DNA from: Spirochaetia bacterium
Lineage (GTDB): Bacteria > Spirochaetota > Spirochaetia > DSM-2461
DNA: 64,000 nt
Reading direction: 5' to 3'
NCBI GenBank assembly: GCA_963668315.1
Contig: OY764216.1
Location: 2,336,001-2,400,000 of the forward strand
Shown: positions 49,955 through 59,679 of the stretch, piece after piece
Layout of the letters: each line of letters opens with the position of its first letter
Numbering within the stretch: position 1 is the first letter of the stretch
Notes under the pieces: generated by a model
Databases searched by the model: none
What the model was told of the DNA's origin: nothing
The model's input: only the letters and a program-made list of their open reading frames with translations
Program-made: the position numbers and the translations under genes

Positions 49955-50835
49955 GGCTCTTCCTCCTGGGATATTTCAGAAAATATTCTTTCCAGAGTCT
50001 CTATTTTCGGTACGATTTCATATTCCGCCAGATCTCCGGTCAGAATGGTGTCTCCCGAACTTATCGCATCGGCAAGTTCGGCAAGAATCCCGTTAAGCTC
50101 GGAGAGAAAGTCCTGGGGCAGGGACAGATCGGCATCCCTTTCGGACAGGGTGGTCAGAATCCGAATCGATTTGGCTAGAAGCTCGGTAAGAACGATAATG
50201 ATATCCAGCGCTTCCTTATCCTTGCCGGACTGGAAAAGAACGCTGACGTCTTCGATCCGGGGGATGAGGCGCTTCAGGGTCTCCGAAGTCTTCTTCCCCT
50301 CTTCGAGGGGATGGATGAGCTCTCCGAGCCGTCCGGAAACAAGGGCTTCCACGCTGCCCCATTCCCTCAGGAGGGCGTCACGATCGCTGCCACGGGGCGT
50401 CCCCACCAGGATTCCCGAGTCATCCATGAGGCTGTTCAGAGTCGTGTCAAAGACATAATCGTCCATCATAAGAAGGGCGGGCAGATTTTTTCTGATATTA
50501 TCATACTGACTCCCCAAATCCTTCATGACCTCTCCGTTGTTCTCTCTGAGTGCCCGGCTGTAGAGATCGAAATAGGACAAAACCGTCTCAAGATCTCTTT
50601 CGAGCAGCTGCGATCGGTCCAGTGCGGTCACTTCCAGACAGGAAATATTATGAATATCGTAGTTTTTAAGTGATTCCTTATTTTGAAGAAAAAATTCCTT
50701 GCCGTCAAGAGAAATCTCGGAAATAAAGTACTCCTGGGATTCGAGCCAGGAGGAGAGACCGTTGAATACATCCAGACAGTTTTCCTCTCCGTCCAGGGTA
50801 AAATCGATTTTTTCCTTATTGATCAGTATATTCAA
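49948..50835 (-). CDS. Hypothetical protein (fliD-downstream, helical)
   Basis: TTG start; operon-embedded; DLAEYEI motif. Confidence 0.75.
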   Translation of the reverse strand: MNILINKEKIDFTLDGEENCLDVFNGLSSWLESQEYFISEISLDGKEFFLQNKESLKNYDIHNISCLEVTALDRSQLLERDLETVLSYFDLYSRALRENNGEVMKDLGSQYDNIRKNLPALLMMDDYVFDTTLNSLMDDSGILVGTPRGSDRDALLREWGSVEALVSGRLGELIHPLEEGKKTSETLKRLIPRIEDVSVLFQSGKDKEALDIIIVLTELLAKSIRILTTLSERDADLSLPQDFLSELNGILAELADAISSGDTILTGDLAEYEIVPKIETLERIFSEISQEEEPC

Positions 50836-50850
50836 AGCGGGGCCCCCTCA

Positions 50851-52854
50851 CTAATTGTCTTTGTTGTTATTAAAAGTATCGAGAAAACTTGAGCTGGACT
50901 GTAGCTGATTAAGGGTACTTTCCATATTTCCGTATTTTACGCGTAATTCCTGTTCGTAATCTTCCAGATAGGCCTGGTAATCGGTGATCTCTTCATCTTT
51001 TCTGTCAATGGCGTCGTCGAGCCGGTCCGTCTTGAGGGAGAGTATCCCTCCCGTCTGGGTATAGGCTTTCAGATAGTTGTCCAGGGAAACGCCCACGCCG
51101 CTGTCAAGAATAAGGTCCCCGTCCGTGTCCAGTCCGAAAAGCTCTCTGACCGCGATGATCTTCGATTCAAGAATCTGATCCACCTCATCCTCGTTGATCT
51201 CCAGGTAGCCCCTGAGCTTTCCCGCAGTCAGGCTGCTGCCGGGGGTCTCGTTGGTGGAGATTCCCATCTGCGCCAGAAGGGAGAGGCCGCGGCCTTCGCT
51301 TGTCTCGTAGGGGGATGCCATGATCGTCTGAAGCCTGTCCTTCATCTGGCGGAGGGTCATATCGCCCCTCAGCTGACCAAGGGCTTCCAGGGCTTCGTCC
51401 CGTTCGTCGTCGGTGAAGTACTCCTTTTCATTGATTATATCTTCGTTATCGGTGGTCAGGACAAGGATATTGGTCATGAGGTTGTTATACTCATAGACGA
51501 ATTTGATCAAAGCCTCTTTGGCCGATTCCGTATCGGGCTTGATTTCCAGATCGACTTCGTCGTCGCTGGCCCGTCTCAGGGTCAGATTGATCCCCGGGAT
51601 GAGATCGTCCACATTATTCGTTTCCCGTATAACCTCTATGCCGTTGAACTCAATAATGGCGTCCCGGGCCGTATCGGCGGCGTTGACCGGTTCGTAATCG
51701 GCCACAATCGTCGGATCGTAAACCTGAATATCCTTGACTGTGATATTCCGATAGGTGTTGTTATTCTTGAGAATGACAGAGTTAAGGTTGTCCACAAGGG
51801 GGCTCAGCTGAACCGTCATGGTCTGAAAAGCCTGTGAATCCTTGATGGGGGAGGCATTATAGCTGCCCGTTCCGTCACTGAGGGAAAGCACGTTGAAATC
51901 GTCAATCCGTTCCGGGAGGGGAGGGCTTTCCCAGGGGGGAAGGCTTACCTGGCTGGCCTGGCTCTGGATGGTTATGCCTTCCAGGGATACGGGGGGCGCT
52001 CCCGGGACCGACGGTTCCGGCGGAGGGGTGGGAGCCAGAGATTCGGGAGGTATCTGAGTCGTCCTGTAGGAGAACTGAAGCACCGAACCGGCTTCCACCT
52101 TATAGGGCGCTGTCAGAGGTATCTCGACCCGGGCGCCGCGGGTCAGTTCCAGCTCTCCTTCCGAAAGGGAGTAGGTTTTCTCTTCCGTGGCTGAGCGGTT
52201 TATTATGTTGCTTTCCGAGGGAATAACGTTTCTCGATTCTGTTCTGACCGGACGGATCATGGCAATATCACGGGCGAAACTTTCGGCGTCATCGGAAAAG
52301 ATAAGCCTGTTTGAACTTCCCGTGGGAATTGCTTCCAGGAGTATGACCTGGCTGTCCTGACGGTTTTTGACAACCGTGGCCTGCAAGATGTTTCTTCCTT
52401 TCTCGTTGAGCCTCTCGGCGAAATCATTGAGTCTTCCCCCGCGGTAACGGAGGGATACCTCATCGTCGCCCACTTGAAAAGTGTAGGTGCCTGAGGGAAC
52501 TCGGTAGTCTTCGTCAAGCTGACCGGAAAGAAAGCGGTCACTGCTTGCCGTCTGTTTTACGGTGACTTTATAATCGGAAAAAGACGCGTCTCTGTCAGCC
52601 GTTGCCGTGAGGACACGTTCGTTAGAGGATTCTACAATTTTACTGGAAAAGGGGTTTTCGAAACCGTAAAGAGATTTGGCCGCTGTCTGCAGGGTAGACA
52701 CCTGCCGGTTCAAATTCAGCCAGTAGCCTTTCTCATTCTTGATTTCTTCTAATTCATCCTCAAGGTTCGTGAGTTTGGTCTTTTCCACTTCGACCAGATC
52801 ATCGACCATTTGAGAATATTTGCTGTTGACGCCGGGTATGGATAAGTCAGACAC
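50851..52854 (-). CDS. fliD: Flagellar filament cap protein
   Basis: SSNERVLTATA, DLIPGINLTL and FVYEYN; C-terminal coiled coil. Confidence 0.93.
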   Translation of the reverse strand: MSDLSIPGVNSKYSQMVDDLVEVEKTKLTNLEDELEEIKNEKGYWLNLNRQVSTLQTAAKSLYGFENPFSSKIVESSNERVLTATADRDASFSDYKVTVKQTASSDRFLSGQLDEDYRVPSGTYTFQVGDDEVSLRYRGGRLNDFAERLNEKGRNILQATVVKNRQDSQVILLEAIPTGSSNRLIFSDDAESFARDIAMIRPVRTESRNVIPSESNIINRSATEEKTYSLSEGELELTRGARVEIPLTAPYKVEAGSVLQFSYRTTQIPPESLAPTPPPEPSVPGAPPVSLEGITIQSQASQVSLPPWESPPLPERIDDFNVLSLSDGTGSYNASPIKDSQAFQTMTVQLSPLVDNLNSVILKNNNTYRNITVKDIQVYDPTIVADYEPVNAADTARDAIIEFNGIEVIRETNNVDDLIPGINLTLRRASDDEVDLEIKPDTESAKEALIKFVYEYNNLMTNILVLTTDNEDIINEKEYFTDDERDEALEALGQLRGDMTLRQMKDRLQTIMASPYETSEGRGLSLLAQMGISTNETPGSSLTAGKLRGYLEINEDEVDQILESKIIAVRELFGLDTDGDLILDSGVGVSLDNYLKAYTQTGGILSLKTDRLDDAIDRKDEEITDYQAYLEDYEQELRVKYGNMESTLNQLQSSSSFLDTFNNNKDN

Positions 52855-52871
52855 CGTGTCCGTCCCGGCCG

Positions 52872-53237
52872 TTAAATCTCTCTGTCAAACAGGAGCCCGA
52901 TAGCTTCCTGGAGATTTTCATGCAGTCTTTGAATCTCTTCACCTGGTAATTCCCTAATGACTTCATCGGTATTTTTGTCAATAATTTTTACGACAATCAT
53001 ATTGATGTCATCATTTACCCTGTAGCTGAAGCGAGTATTCTTTACCGCATTCTGCAAGGCTTGTTCCAACTCTTTCAAGTTCAGCTCTGGAGAAAGTTCA
53101 TTTTTATTGCCCGTGTTATCCTTAACGATAGGCTTAGGCATTTGCGGAGTCGGTTTCACCTTTACAGGTTCTTCTCCCGCCGTAGCGTTGGCATTAATCG
53201 AGCCTACACCGTTGACAATAGTCGTAGCATAGCTCAT
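52872..53237 (-). CDS. flaG: FlaG family protein
   Basis: VVKIIDKNTDEVIRELP..GLLFD; between flagellin and fliD. Confidence 0.92.
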   Translation of the reverse strand: MSYATTIVNGVGSINANATAGEEPVKVKPTPQMPKPIVKDNTGNKNELSPELNLKELEQALQNAVKNTRFSYRVNDDINMIVVKIIDKNTDEVIRELPGEEIQRLHENLQEAIGLLFDREI

Positions 53238-53371
53238 AGAGACCTCCTTGTTCTCTAATCAGTGAGATTAAGAGGGGAGGACGCGAACCCCCCTCGGAAT
53301 CTCCCGCTAAAAAGATGACGTCCAGATATCTCTTTGGCGGGCAGCGTCATGCTGCTGAAGTCTTGTTTTCT

Positions 53372-54229
53372 TTAGGCCAGTAGCTGCAATACGTTCTGTG
53401 AACGAACATTGGCTTGCGCCAGCATTGCCATGCCTGCCTGGTTGAGAACCGAGTCCTTGGTGTACTCCACCATTTCAGAAGCCATATTGGCATCTCTGAT
53501 TCCCGATTCCGCTGCCTGAAGGTTTTCTGCTGCAATTGCAACACCCTTGGAAGCCATTTCAAAACGATTCTGATAAGCTCCCAGGTCAGCCCTCTGGCGG
53601 TTAACCATCCGCAACGCATTGTCAACTATACCGATTGTCATATTTGCCCCCTCTACTGAGGAAAGCGAAATACTTCCGTTATCGGTACCCTGTCCGTTCT
53701 GAAGACCTAACGCAGTGGCGGTCATAGTGCCTATAAAGATCTGTTCGCTCTGATCCATATTGGCTCCCACCTGAATCTGCATGATATCCCCTGTAGCAGA
53801 GGATGCTGCAAATCTACCGGTCAGCATATTCATTCCGTTAAACTGAGCGTGGGAAGCAATCCGATTTACCTCGTCAACCAATTGTGAAACTTCTACCTGA
53901 ATCTGCATTCTGTCTTCCGAAGTATAAATACCGTTCGCCGACTGTACCGAAAGTTCTCTGATTCTGCCCAGAATGTCCGATGTTTCCTGCAGGTATCCTT
54001 CGGATGCCTGAATAAAAGAAACGCCGTTACCGATGTTCCTAACCGCCTGGTTAAGACCACCGATCTGTGCCCTCATCTTTTCCGATACGGCCAGTCCGGA
54101 AGCGTCATCGCCAGCCTTATTGATTCTAAGACCGGATGAAAGCTTCTCCATTGAAGTGCTAAGGTTAAGGTCGGTTACACCAAGATTCCTGTCCGCATTA
54201 AGAGCGCTCATGTTGTGATTAATTACCAT
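53372..54229 (-). CDS. flaB: Flagellin (FlaB-type core protein)
   Basis: [24 protein letters not shown] and [10 protein letters not shown]. Confidence 0.96.
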   Translation of the reverse strand: MVINHNMSALNADRNLGVTDLNLSTSMEKLSSGLRINKAGDDASGLAVSEKMRAQIGGLNQAVRNIGNGVSFIQASEGYLQETSDILGRIRELSVQSANGIYTSEDRMQIQVEVSQLVDEVNRIASHAQFNGMNMLTGRFAASSATGDIMQIQVGANMDQSEQIFIGTMTATALGLQNGQGTDNGSISLSSVEGANMTIGIVDNALRMVNRQRADLGAYQNRFEMASKGVAIAAENLQAAESGIRDANMASEMVEYTKDSVLNQAGMAMLAQANVRSQNVLQLLA

Positions 54230-54253
54230 GGATTTCCCTCCTTGAAAGTTACT

Positions 54254-54267
54254 GGGCATCCTTGCCC
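54254..54267 (-). promoter_or_regulatory. CsrA-type GGA hairpin in flagellin leader
   Basis: GGGCAAGGAUGCCC stem-loop, identical to 55337-55350. Confidence 0.7.
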
Positions 54268-54443
54268 AATTCCTTGTATACCGCAAAGAACCTACGAATG
54301 GGATATCGCGCCACCCATCCCCAAATTCTAGCTCAACAAGGAGATTTCTCCCTGATAATTATCCGGGAAAAATCTCCTCACCCTGCGTATACATAAGGAG
54401 GAAATCTGTCAAAGAACAAAACTCCTATGGTAATTATACAATA

Positions 54444-55304
54444 CTACTGGAGCAGTTGCAAGACATTTTGTCCACGGGTATTAGCCTGTGCCAGCATGGA
54501 GTTGCTTGCCTGTGTCAGGATGTTATCCTTGGCAAACTCTACACTGACCTTAGCCATATCCGCATCACGGATTCTGGACTCGGAAGCCTGCAGGTTTTCA
54601 GCGGCGATGTCGATACCTTTGGTCGCCATTTCCAGTCTGTTCTGGTAGGCACCCAGGTCGGCGCGCTGCTTGTTGACCTGTTTCAGGGCGGCGTCGAGAA
54701 CACCGATGTTCCTGTTGGCCTGTTCAGGAGTGGAGAGGCTCATGATGTTGCCTGTTCCTACCTGTCTGATACCAAGGGAAGACGCTGTCATGGTACCGAT
54801 AAATACCTGTTCTCTCTGGTCCATGTTGGCACCGATGTGGAGCCACATAGAGGAAGTAACAGTGTTGTTACCAGTGTCCTTGGCAAAACGTCCGGTCAGC
54901 ATGTTCATGCCGTTGAACTGAGCGTGGGAAGCGATTCTGTCAACTTCGTCTACCAGCTGGGAAACCTCAACCTGGATCTGCATTCTGTCTTCTGATGTAT
55001 AGATACCATTGGAAGACTGAACGGCCAGTTCGCGGATTCTCAACAGAACGTCGGAAGTTTCCTGAAGGTAGCCTTCGGAAGTCTGGATGAAGCTGATTCC
55101 ATCGCCGGCATTCCTGGATGCCTGGTTCAAACCCTGGATCTGAGCCCGCATTTTTTCGGAGATAGCCAAACCGGCTGCATCGTCCCCGGCTCTGTTGATT
55201 CTGAGTCCCGAGGAGAGTTTCTCCATGTCCTTGGCTACGTTCGTATTGTTTACGCCGAGCTGTCTATCTGCATTCAGTGCAGACATGTTGTGATTGATGA
55301 TCAT
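54444..55304 (-). CDS. flaB: Flagellin (FlaB-type core protein)
   Basis: [26 protein letters not shown] and [10 protein letters not shown]. Confidence 0.97.
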   Translation of the reverse strand: MIINHNMSALNADRQLGVNNTNVAKDMEKLSSGLRINRAGDDAAGLAISEKMRAQIQGLNQASRNAGDGISFIQTSEGYLQETSDVLLRIRELAVQSSNGIYTSEDRMQIQVEVSQLVDEVDRIASHAQFNGMNMLTGRFAKDTGNNTVTSSMWLHIGANMDQREQVFIGTMTASSLGIRQVGTGNIMSLSTPEQANRNIGVLDAALKQVNKQRADLGAYQNRLEMATKGIDIAAENLQASESRIRDADMAKVSVEFAKDNILTQASNSMLAQANTRGQNVLQLLQ

Positions 55305-55336
55305 TCTTCATTCCTCCATGAATAAAGTATTAAATA

Positions 55337-55350
55337 GGGCATCCTTGCCC
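55337..55350 (-). promoter_or_regulatory. CsrA-type GGA hairpin in flagellin leader
   Basis: GGGCAAGGAUGCCC; a second hairpin UUCAU-GGAGGA-AUGAA covers the SD. Confidence 0.7.
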
Positions 55351-55360
55351 GATCGGGAGG

Positions 55361-55387
55361 GCCTCGGCATTTCTGAAAAATACTTTA
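55361..55387 (-). promoter_or_regulatory. sigma28 promoter of flagellin
   Basis: TAAA-N15-GCCGAGGC; a second candidate -10 GTCGATAA at 55414-55407. Confidence 0.6.
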
Positions 55388-55669
55388 GACCTTTCCCGTA
55401 CTTTTTTTATCGACACCCCCCCTGAATAAACTTGAAAAAAATTTTCACTTTTTCTTAAAGATTTTTAAAAATTGCCGAATATAAAATGGGGCAGTCGACA
55501 AAAAGGGCTTAAAACGGTGTTTTTAAGGGATAACAGAGGGTTTTTTGAGAAATACCGAAAGTCACTTATGAACGGGAAAAGAAGAGAATTGTTGTCGCTT
55601 AAGCCTGATTATAAAGTTTTTCAGTCAAATCTGAGGCGGGTTCACTGTGTTTTGGAAGGATAGCCGGCA

Positions 55670-56512
55670 TTAATCGAGATAATTGAGAAGAGGATCCTCG
55701 GGATCTATTTCCCTTAGCCGATTCAAGGCATCCTCGGCGCGGCTCAAATCATTCATCTTCAGGTAAACCATGGCCTTGTTGGAGAGAAGGGTGGTGTTTT
55801 CCTCTTCCATCTCAAGACCTTCATCGAGGTAGGCGAGAGCCTGATCCCATTCACCTCTTTCCGATTCGCAGAGAGCCATTTCATTCAGCAGTTCCACTGT
55901 GGGGGGAGCGGACTCTTTCGATTTTGTAAAAGCGGATAAAGCCTCGTCCCATTTCTCATTCTGCCGCAGAGCCCAGCCCAGAAGAAACCATCCGTTGGAC
56001 GAGTCTTCGTGGCTTTCGAGAAAAGAACGGATCTGAGCGATACCTTCGTCCCAGTTTTTTTTCCGGATATTCTCAAGAGCCCTCGTATAGGTCTCGTTGC
56101 CCTTCAGACGATGATCCTCCCGGGTCCGGTAGAAAAGAGTCAGATTGGATCGGTGGGTTTTTTCTTCCGGCTCTAAGGCGCACAGGGTAAGAAAAAGCTC
56201 TTCTGCAAAGGAAAACTGCTCCTGATCAACCTTAAGACGGGCGGCTGTCAGAACGGTACTTACAATATCGGGGCGAACCGCTTTAACAAGTCTTCGGTAG
56301 TAATCGGCTTCACGCCCTTCCGGCTCTTTTGCCAGCACGTATAACATACCGCTTATCAGGGCCGGCCATTCAAGGCGGCTGATGTCCCAGCTGTCCTTTT
56401 CATCCTCAGGTACTTCTACGGGCAGAGGAATGGATGTATCGAGGGGAAAACCTTCTATCTGGCTCGAAAGACGGTCGGGAAGGGAAATGTAAAGGATTTT
56501 TTTCTTCGTCAT
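55670..56512 (-). CDS. Tetratricopeptide repeat protein
   Basis: GWFLLGWALR..ALSAF and further TPR units. Confidence 0.85.
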   Translation of the reverse strand: MTKKKILYISLPDRLSSQIEGFPLDTSIPLPVEVPEDEKDSWDISRLEWPALISGMLYVLAKEPEGREADYYRRLVKAVRPDIVSTVLTAARLKVDQEQFSFAEELFLTLCALEPEEKTHRSNLTLFYRTREDHRLKGNETYTRALENIRKKNWDEGIAQIRSFLESHEDSSNGWFLLGWALRQNEKWDEALSAFTKSKESAPPTVELLNEMALCESERGEWDQALAYLDEGLEMEEENTTLLSNKAMVYLKMNDLSRAEDALNRLREIDPEDPLLNYLD

Positions 56513-57327
56513 TCTTCGTGTGTCTTTGGCTGTTTCACCGAATGAAAGTAACTGTTCAAAGCCAGAGTATACTGCATGGGAATGCCTTTTTCATCATAAA
56601 CGAGGGCTATGGCGCAAAGGTCCTTGCGTCCCTCTACCGTTTCGAAACGCTTGATAACCCCGGACAGCTGGAGGAGGGAACCGTCTTTCATATTAATACC
56701 CATGGAAAAGGTTTTATTAATAAGAAATTTGGCGTTACCCAGGATAATTGCCTTCATTCCTCCGAAGGAAACATCCCTGATGATGGCATTCCTGGGAATA
56801 TTGTCTATCACGAGGGCGGCATTCTTACTGGCAAACCCGAGTTTTCTCAATGTATCCGGTGTCAGAATGACCCTCTCTTCCCTGCGCTTTTTGGCTACGA
56901 TCGTCGCTTCCAGCATGGTGCCGAGTATCTGAATCAGATCATCCGGCGGCCTCTGGGAATATTCACAGTTGAGAAGGTAAAGTCCTGTCTCCTTTTTAAA
57001 AAGGCTCATGGAGGTAATTTTGGATTGAATAAAAAAGGAGATGTAATCGGAAGGCCGGTCAATGTCCTTAAAACAGAACCGAACGGAAATCTGGTTGTTC
57101 TGTTCCTTGATTAACCCCATGGTGGCGGCATCGAGAGTGATCAGAATCTTGGCCGATTTCATGGAGGAGGAATAGATCACGCATGCCTGTTGGCCGCCGG
57201 AAAATTTAATGTATACCTGTTTGGGTATCAGCCCCAGGCTTAATATGATGTCTTTGGTGAAGGTAACGTCCTGGTCGGCATAATCCTTATAGTAATTATT
57301 GAGTTGCTGAGCCGTAATTAACGCCAT
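56509..57327 (-). CDS. plzA: PilZ-domain c-di-GMP-binding protein (spirochete PlzA-like)
   Basis: RREER and DVSFGG motifs; N-terminal PilZN-like domain. Confidence 0.78.
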   Translation of the reverse strand: MALITAQQLNNYYKDYADQDVTFTKDIILSLGLIPKQVYIKFSGGQQACVIYSSSMKSAKILITLDAATMGLIKEQNNQISVRFCFKDIDRPSDYISFFIQSKITSMSLFKKETGLYLLNCEYSQRPPDDLIQILGTMLEATIVAKKRREERVILTPDTLRKLGFASKNAALVIDNIPRNAIIRDVSFGGMKAIILGNAKFLINKTFSMGINMKDGSLLQLSGVIKRFETVEGRKDLCAIALVYDEKGIPMQYTLALNSYFHSVKQPKTHEE

Positions 57328-57342
57328 TATTACCTCTTATAA

Positions 57343-57521
57343 AAACCCGCGATGCCGTCCAGGGAAAGGTGGCTCTTGAACACCAATGGTTCAAGGGGGA
57401 GTCCGTTCCTAAGCTTCCTGTTTTTCCACAAGGGATAGCAATTCTAGCAAAGGCATATAGGAGTCCCGTTTTTTATTCTTAGTCGCAAGAGACAATTTCC
57501 TCATCGCGAACACCGCAGGTC
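57343..57521 (-). ncRNA. ssrS: 6S RNA
   Basis: ~180 nt right after zapA; 5' CCUGCGGUG pairs with 3' CAUCGCGGG; CUUGAACC..GUUCAAG internal hairpin. Confidence 0.8.
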
Positions 57522-57523
57522 AA

Positions 57524-57835
57524 TTATTCTTTTTCTTCAAGAACCCGGTCAATAAGCTCAATCATATTCTGAGCTGCATCACCGAATTCATCTTCCATTG
57601 TACTACATGAATAGTGTTCATGTCCACGGTTCATTTCCGATTTGAATAACTCGTCTACAATGTTAAAACTGGTAAGTATGGATAGTTTCAAAGGATCCTG
57701 CAGGGGAGATCTCTCCTGGGTTTCCTTGAGTTTTTTCTGGTAATAGGAGACAACCTTTTTAATATAATCGTGATTGTTGCCGGCCTTTATGGACAAGGCC
57801 GTTCCGAGTATTTTTATCTGGAGGATGTCATCCAT
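57524..57835 (-). CDS. zapA: Cell division protein ZapA
   Basis: IKILG, beta-beta-alpha-alpha layout, LSILTSFNIVDEL. Confidence 0.85.
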   Translation of the reverse strand: MDDILQIKILGTALSIKAGNNHDYIKKVVSYYQKKLKETQERSPLQDPLKLSILTSFNIVDELFKSEMNRGHEHYSCSTMEDEFGDAAQNMIELIDRVLEEKE

Positions 57836-57841
57836 GAATAA

Positions 57842-58441
57842 TCAGAAGATATCCAGGTCCTGGGGAGACCTGGAATCTTCATTTTCTTCCTGCTGTTCCG
57901 AATGATTGACTTGACTCTCTTCCTCATCGGAAACAAGGGGTATTCCCTCGTCAATATCGGGTTCTTCACTGGCAGGCTGATCAGCCGTTTCTTCAGCAGC
58001 GGCTTCGAACTGCATCTCATCGGCAGCAAAAGTCTCTTCCAGAGCAGGTTCGTCATCTTCCGCTTCTTCCTCATCCATAAAAATGGTTTCGTCAGATTCG
58101 TCGTCCTCTTCTTCCTCTTCCGGAATTTCCTCTTCGATTAAAACGTCCTCTTCACCGGTATGGGGCTCGAGAATGATCTCTTCCTGTTCCTGCTGGACCG
58201 GAGCGGATGTATCTTCCTCATCAACCTGTTCTAACCGTGAAAGTACGTCAATGAAACCCTCTTCAATTTTATCACTGTCGGACTGATAGGAGGAAAGCTC
58301 ACCTTCAAGTCTGGCAATTGTCTCTTCGTAAGAAGCCACTTGCGCTTTGAGGGTATTCTTTTCTTCCCTGAGACGATTGATAAGTTCAATAGCGTCTTTT
58401 ATTTTTTTGTCCAAAACCTGAATCTGTTCAAGGGTAATCAT
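57842..58441 (-). CDS. ZapB-like coiled-coil protein with acidic tail
   Basis: LEQIQVLDKKIKDAIELINRLREE coiled coil; upstream of zapA. Confidence 0.7.
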   Translation of the reverse strand: MITLEQIQVLDKKIKDAIELINRLREEKNTLKAQVASYEETIARLEGELSSYQSDSDKIEEGFIDVLSRLEQVDEEDTSAPVQQEQEEIILEPHTGEEDVLIEEEIPEEEEEDDESDETIFMDEEEAEDDEPALEETFAADEMQFEAAAEETADQPASEEPDIDEGIPLVSDEEESQVNHSEQQEENEDSRSPQDLDIF

Positions 58442-58481
58442 TTACTACCAAATCTCCTTTCGGCCGCGAAGGACCGAAAAA

Positions 58482-58838
58482 TTATTTAAGAGCTGCCTTG
58501 GACTGTTCTACAACAGCCTTGAAGGCTTTGGGATCTTCAAGAGCCATGGAAGCGAGTGCTTTTCTATTGATCTCGATTCCGGCTTTTGTTAATCCGTTGA
58601 TAAACTGAGAATAGGTCATTTCCTGTTCTCTGACTGCGGCAGAAATACGAGCGATCCAGAGCTGTCTGAATTCTCTCTTCTTTACCTTTCTGTCACGATA
58701 GGCGTACTGTCCCGCCTTCTTAACGGCATCTTTTGCCGTTCTGTGAAGCTTACTTCGTCGTCCCCAGTAACCTTTAGCCTCTTTCAGAACTTTTTTACGA
58801 CGATTCTTTCGTCTTGTTCCGTCTACTGCTCTTGGCAT
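58482..58838 (-). CDS. rplT: 50S ribosomal protein L20
   Basis: [21 protein letters not shown] and NRKAL. Confidence 0.98.
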   Translation of the reverse strand: MPRAVDGTRRKNRRKKVLKEAKGYWGRRSKLHRTAKDAVKKAGQYAYRDRKVKKREFRQLWIARISAAVREQEMTYSQFINGLTKAGIEINRKALASMALEDPKAFKAVVEQSKAALK

Positions 58839-58850
58839 TTGCTACCTTCC

Positions 58851-59048
58851 TTATGCGTAGGGTAAAAGTTTGTTAAGTCTAGGTACTTCAGTTTCACTGA
58901 TAACACCGGGGTGTCTTAACGTTCTTTTTCTTTTGGCCGACTTTTTGGTCAAAATATGACGGGTTCCCTGGGCTTTGTACTTAAACTTTCCCGAACCTGT
59001 CTTTTTGAACCTTTTAGCCGCAGCCTTTTTAGATTTCATCTTAGGCAT
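58851..59048 (-). CDS. rpmI: 50S ribosomal protein L35
   Basis: [19 protein letters not shown]. Confidence 0.98.
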   Translation of the reverse strand: MPKMKSKKAAAKRFKKTGSGKFKYKAQGTRHILTKKSAKRKRTLRHPGVISETEVPRLNKLLPYA

Positions 59049-59063
59049 GTTAATACATCCTTT

Positions 59064-59582
59064 TTATTTTTTTCGGGGGCTTAACAGCATGGACATCATA
59101 CGGCCCTCCATCTGGGGCTTGTTGTCCACGTTGAAAGATCCCTCTTCCAGCCTTTCTAAAAGGTTGTCAAGAACAACCTTGCCTAACTCGGTGTGAGCCA
59201 GCTCCCTGCCTCGGAAACGGATCGTCACCTTGCATTTATTGCCGTCGTTCAGGAACTCCTGAACGTGCTTGGATTTAAAGTCCAGATCGTGCTTGTCGAT
59301 CTTGGGCTGCATCCTTACTTCCTTGAGCTTCGTGAGGCTCTGCTTCTTCTTTGCCTCCCTCAGCTTCTTTTCCTGCTCGTATTTGTACTTGCCATAATTC
59401 AGGAGTTTGCAAACCGGCGGTCTGGAAGTAGGAGCTACCTCCACAAGATCAAGATCGGCTTCCTTGGCCATGGCCAGTGCTTCCGAAGTCTGAACGATAC
59501 CTCTCTGTTCTCCTTCTCCGTCGATCAGGCGAACTTCCCTTACTCGGATTTGCTCATTAATCCTCAAATCTTTAGCAGCCAA
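59064..59582 (-). CDS. infC: Translation initiation factor IF-3
   Basis: [20 protein letters not shown] and RFRGRE; TTG start after AAGGAG. Confidence 0.97.
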   Translation of the reverse strand: MAAKDLRINEQIRVREVRLIDGEGEQRGIVQTSEALAMAKEADLDLVEVAPTSRPPVCKLLNYGKYKYEQEKKLREAKKKQSLTKLKEVRMQPKIDKHDLDFKSKHVQEFLNDGNKCKVTIRFRGRELAHTELGKVVLDNLLERLEEGSFNVDNKPQMEGRMMSMLLSPRKK

Positions 59583-59679
59583 ATTTACTCCTTTTTACTA
59601 AACAGAAAACGGAACAGCTCTCTCTCATCTGTCCGCAGGTTGAAAATATAACAGAAAAGAAGGTCTCATGTCCATAAGC

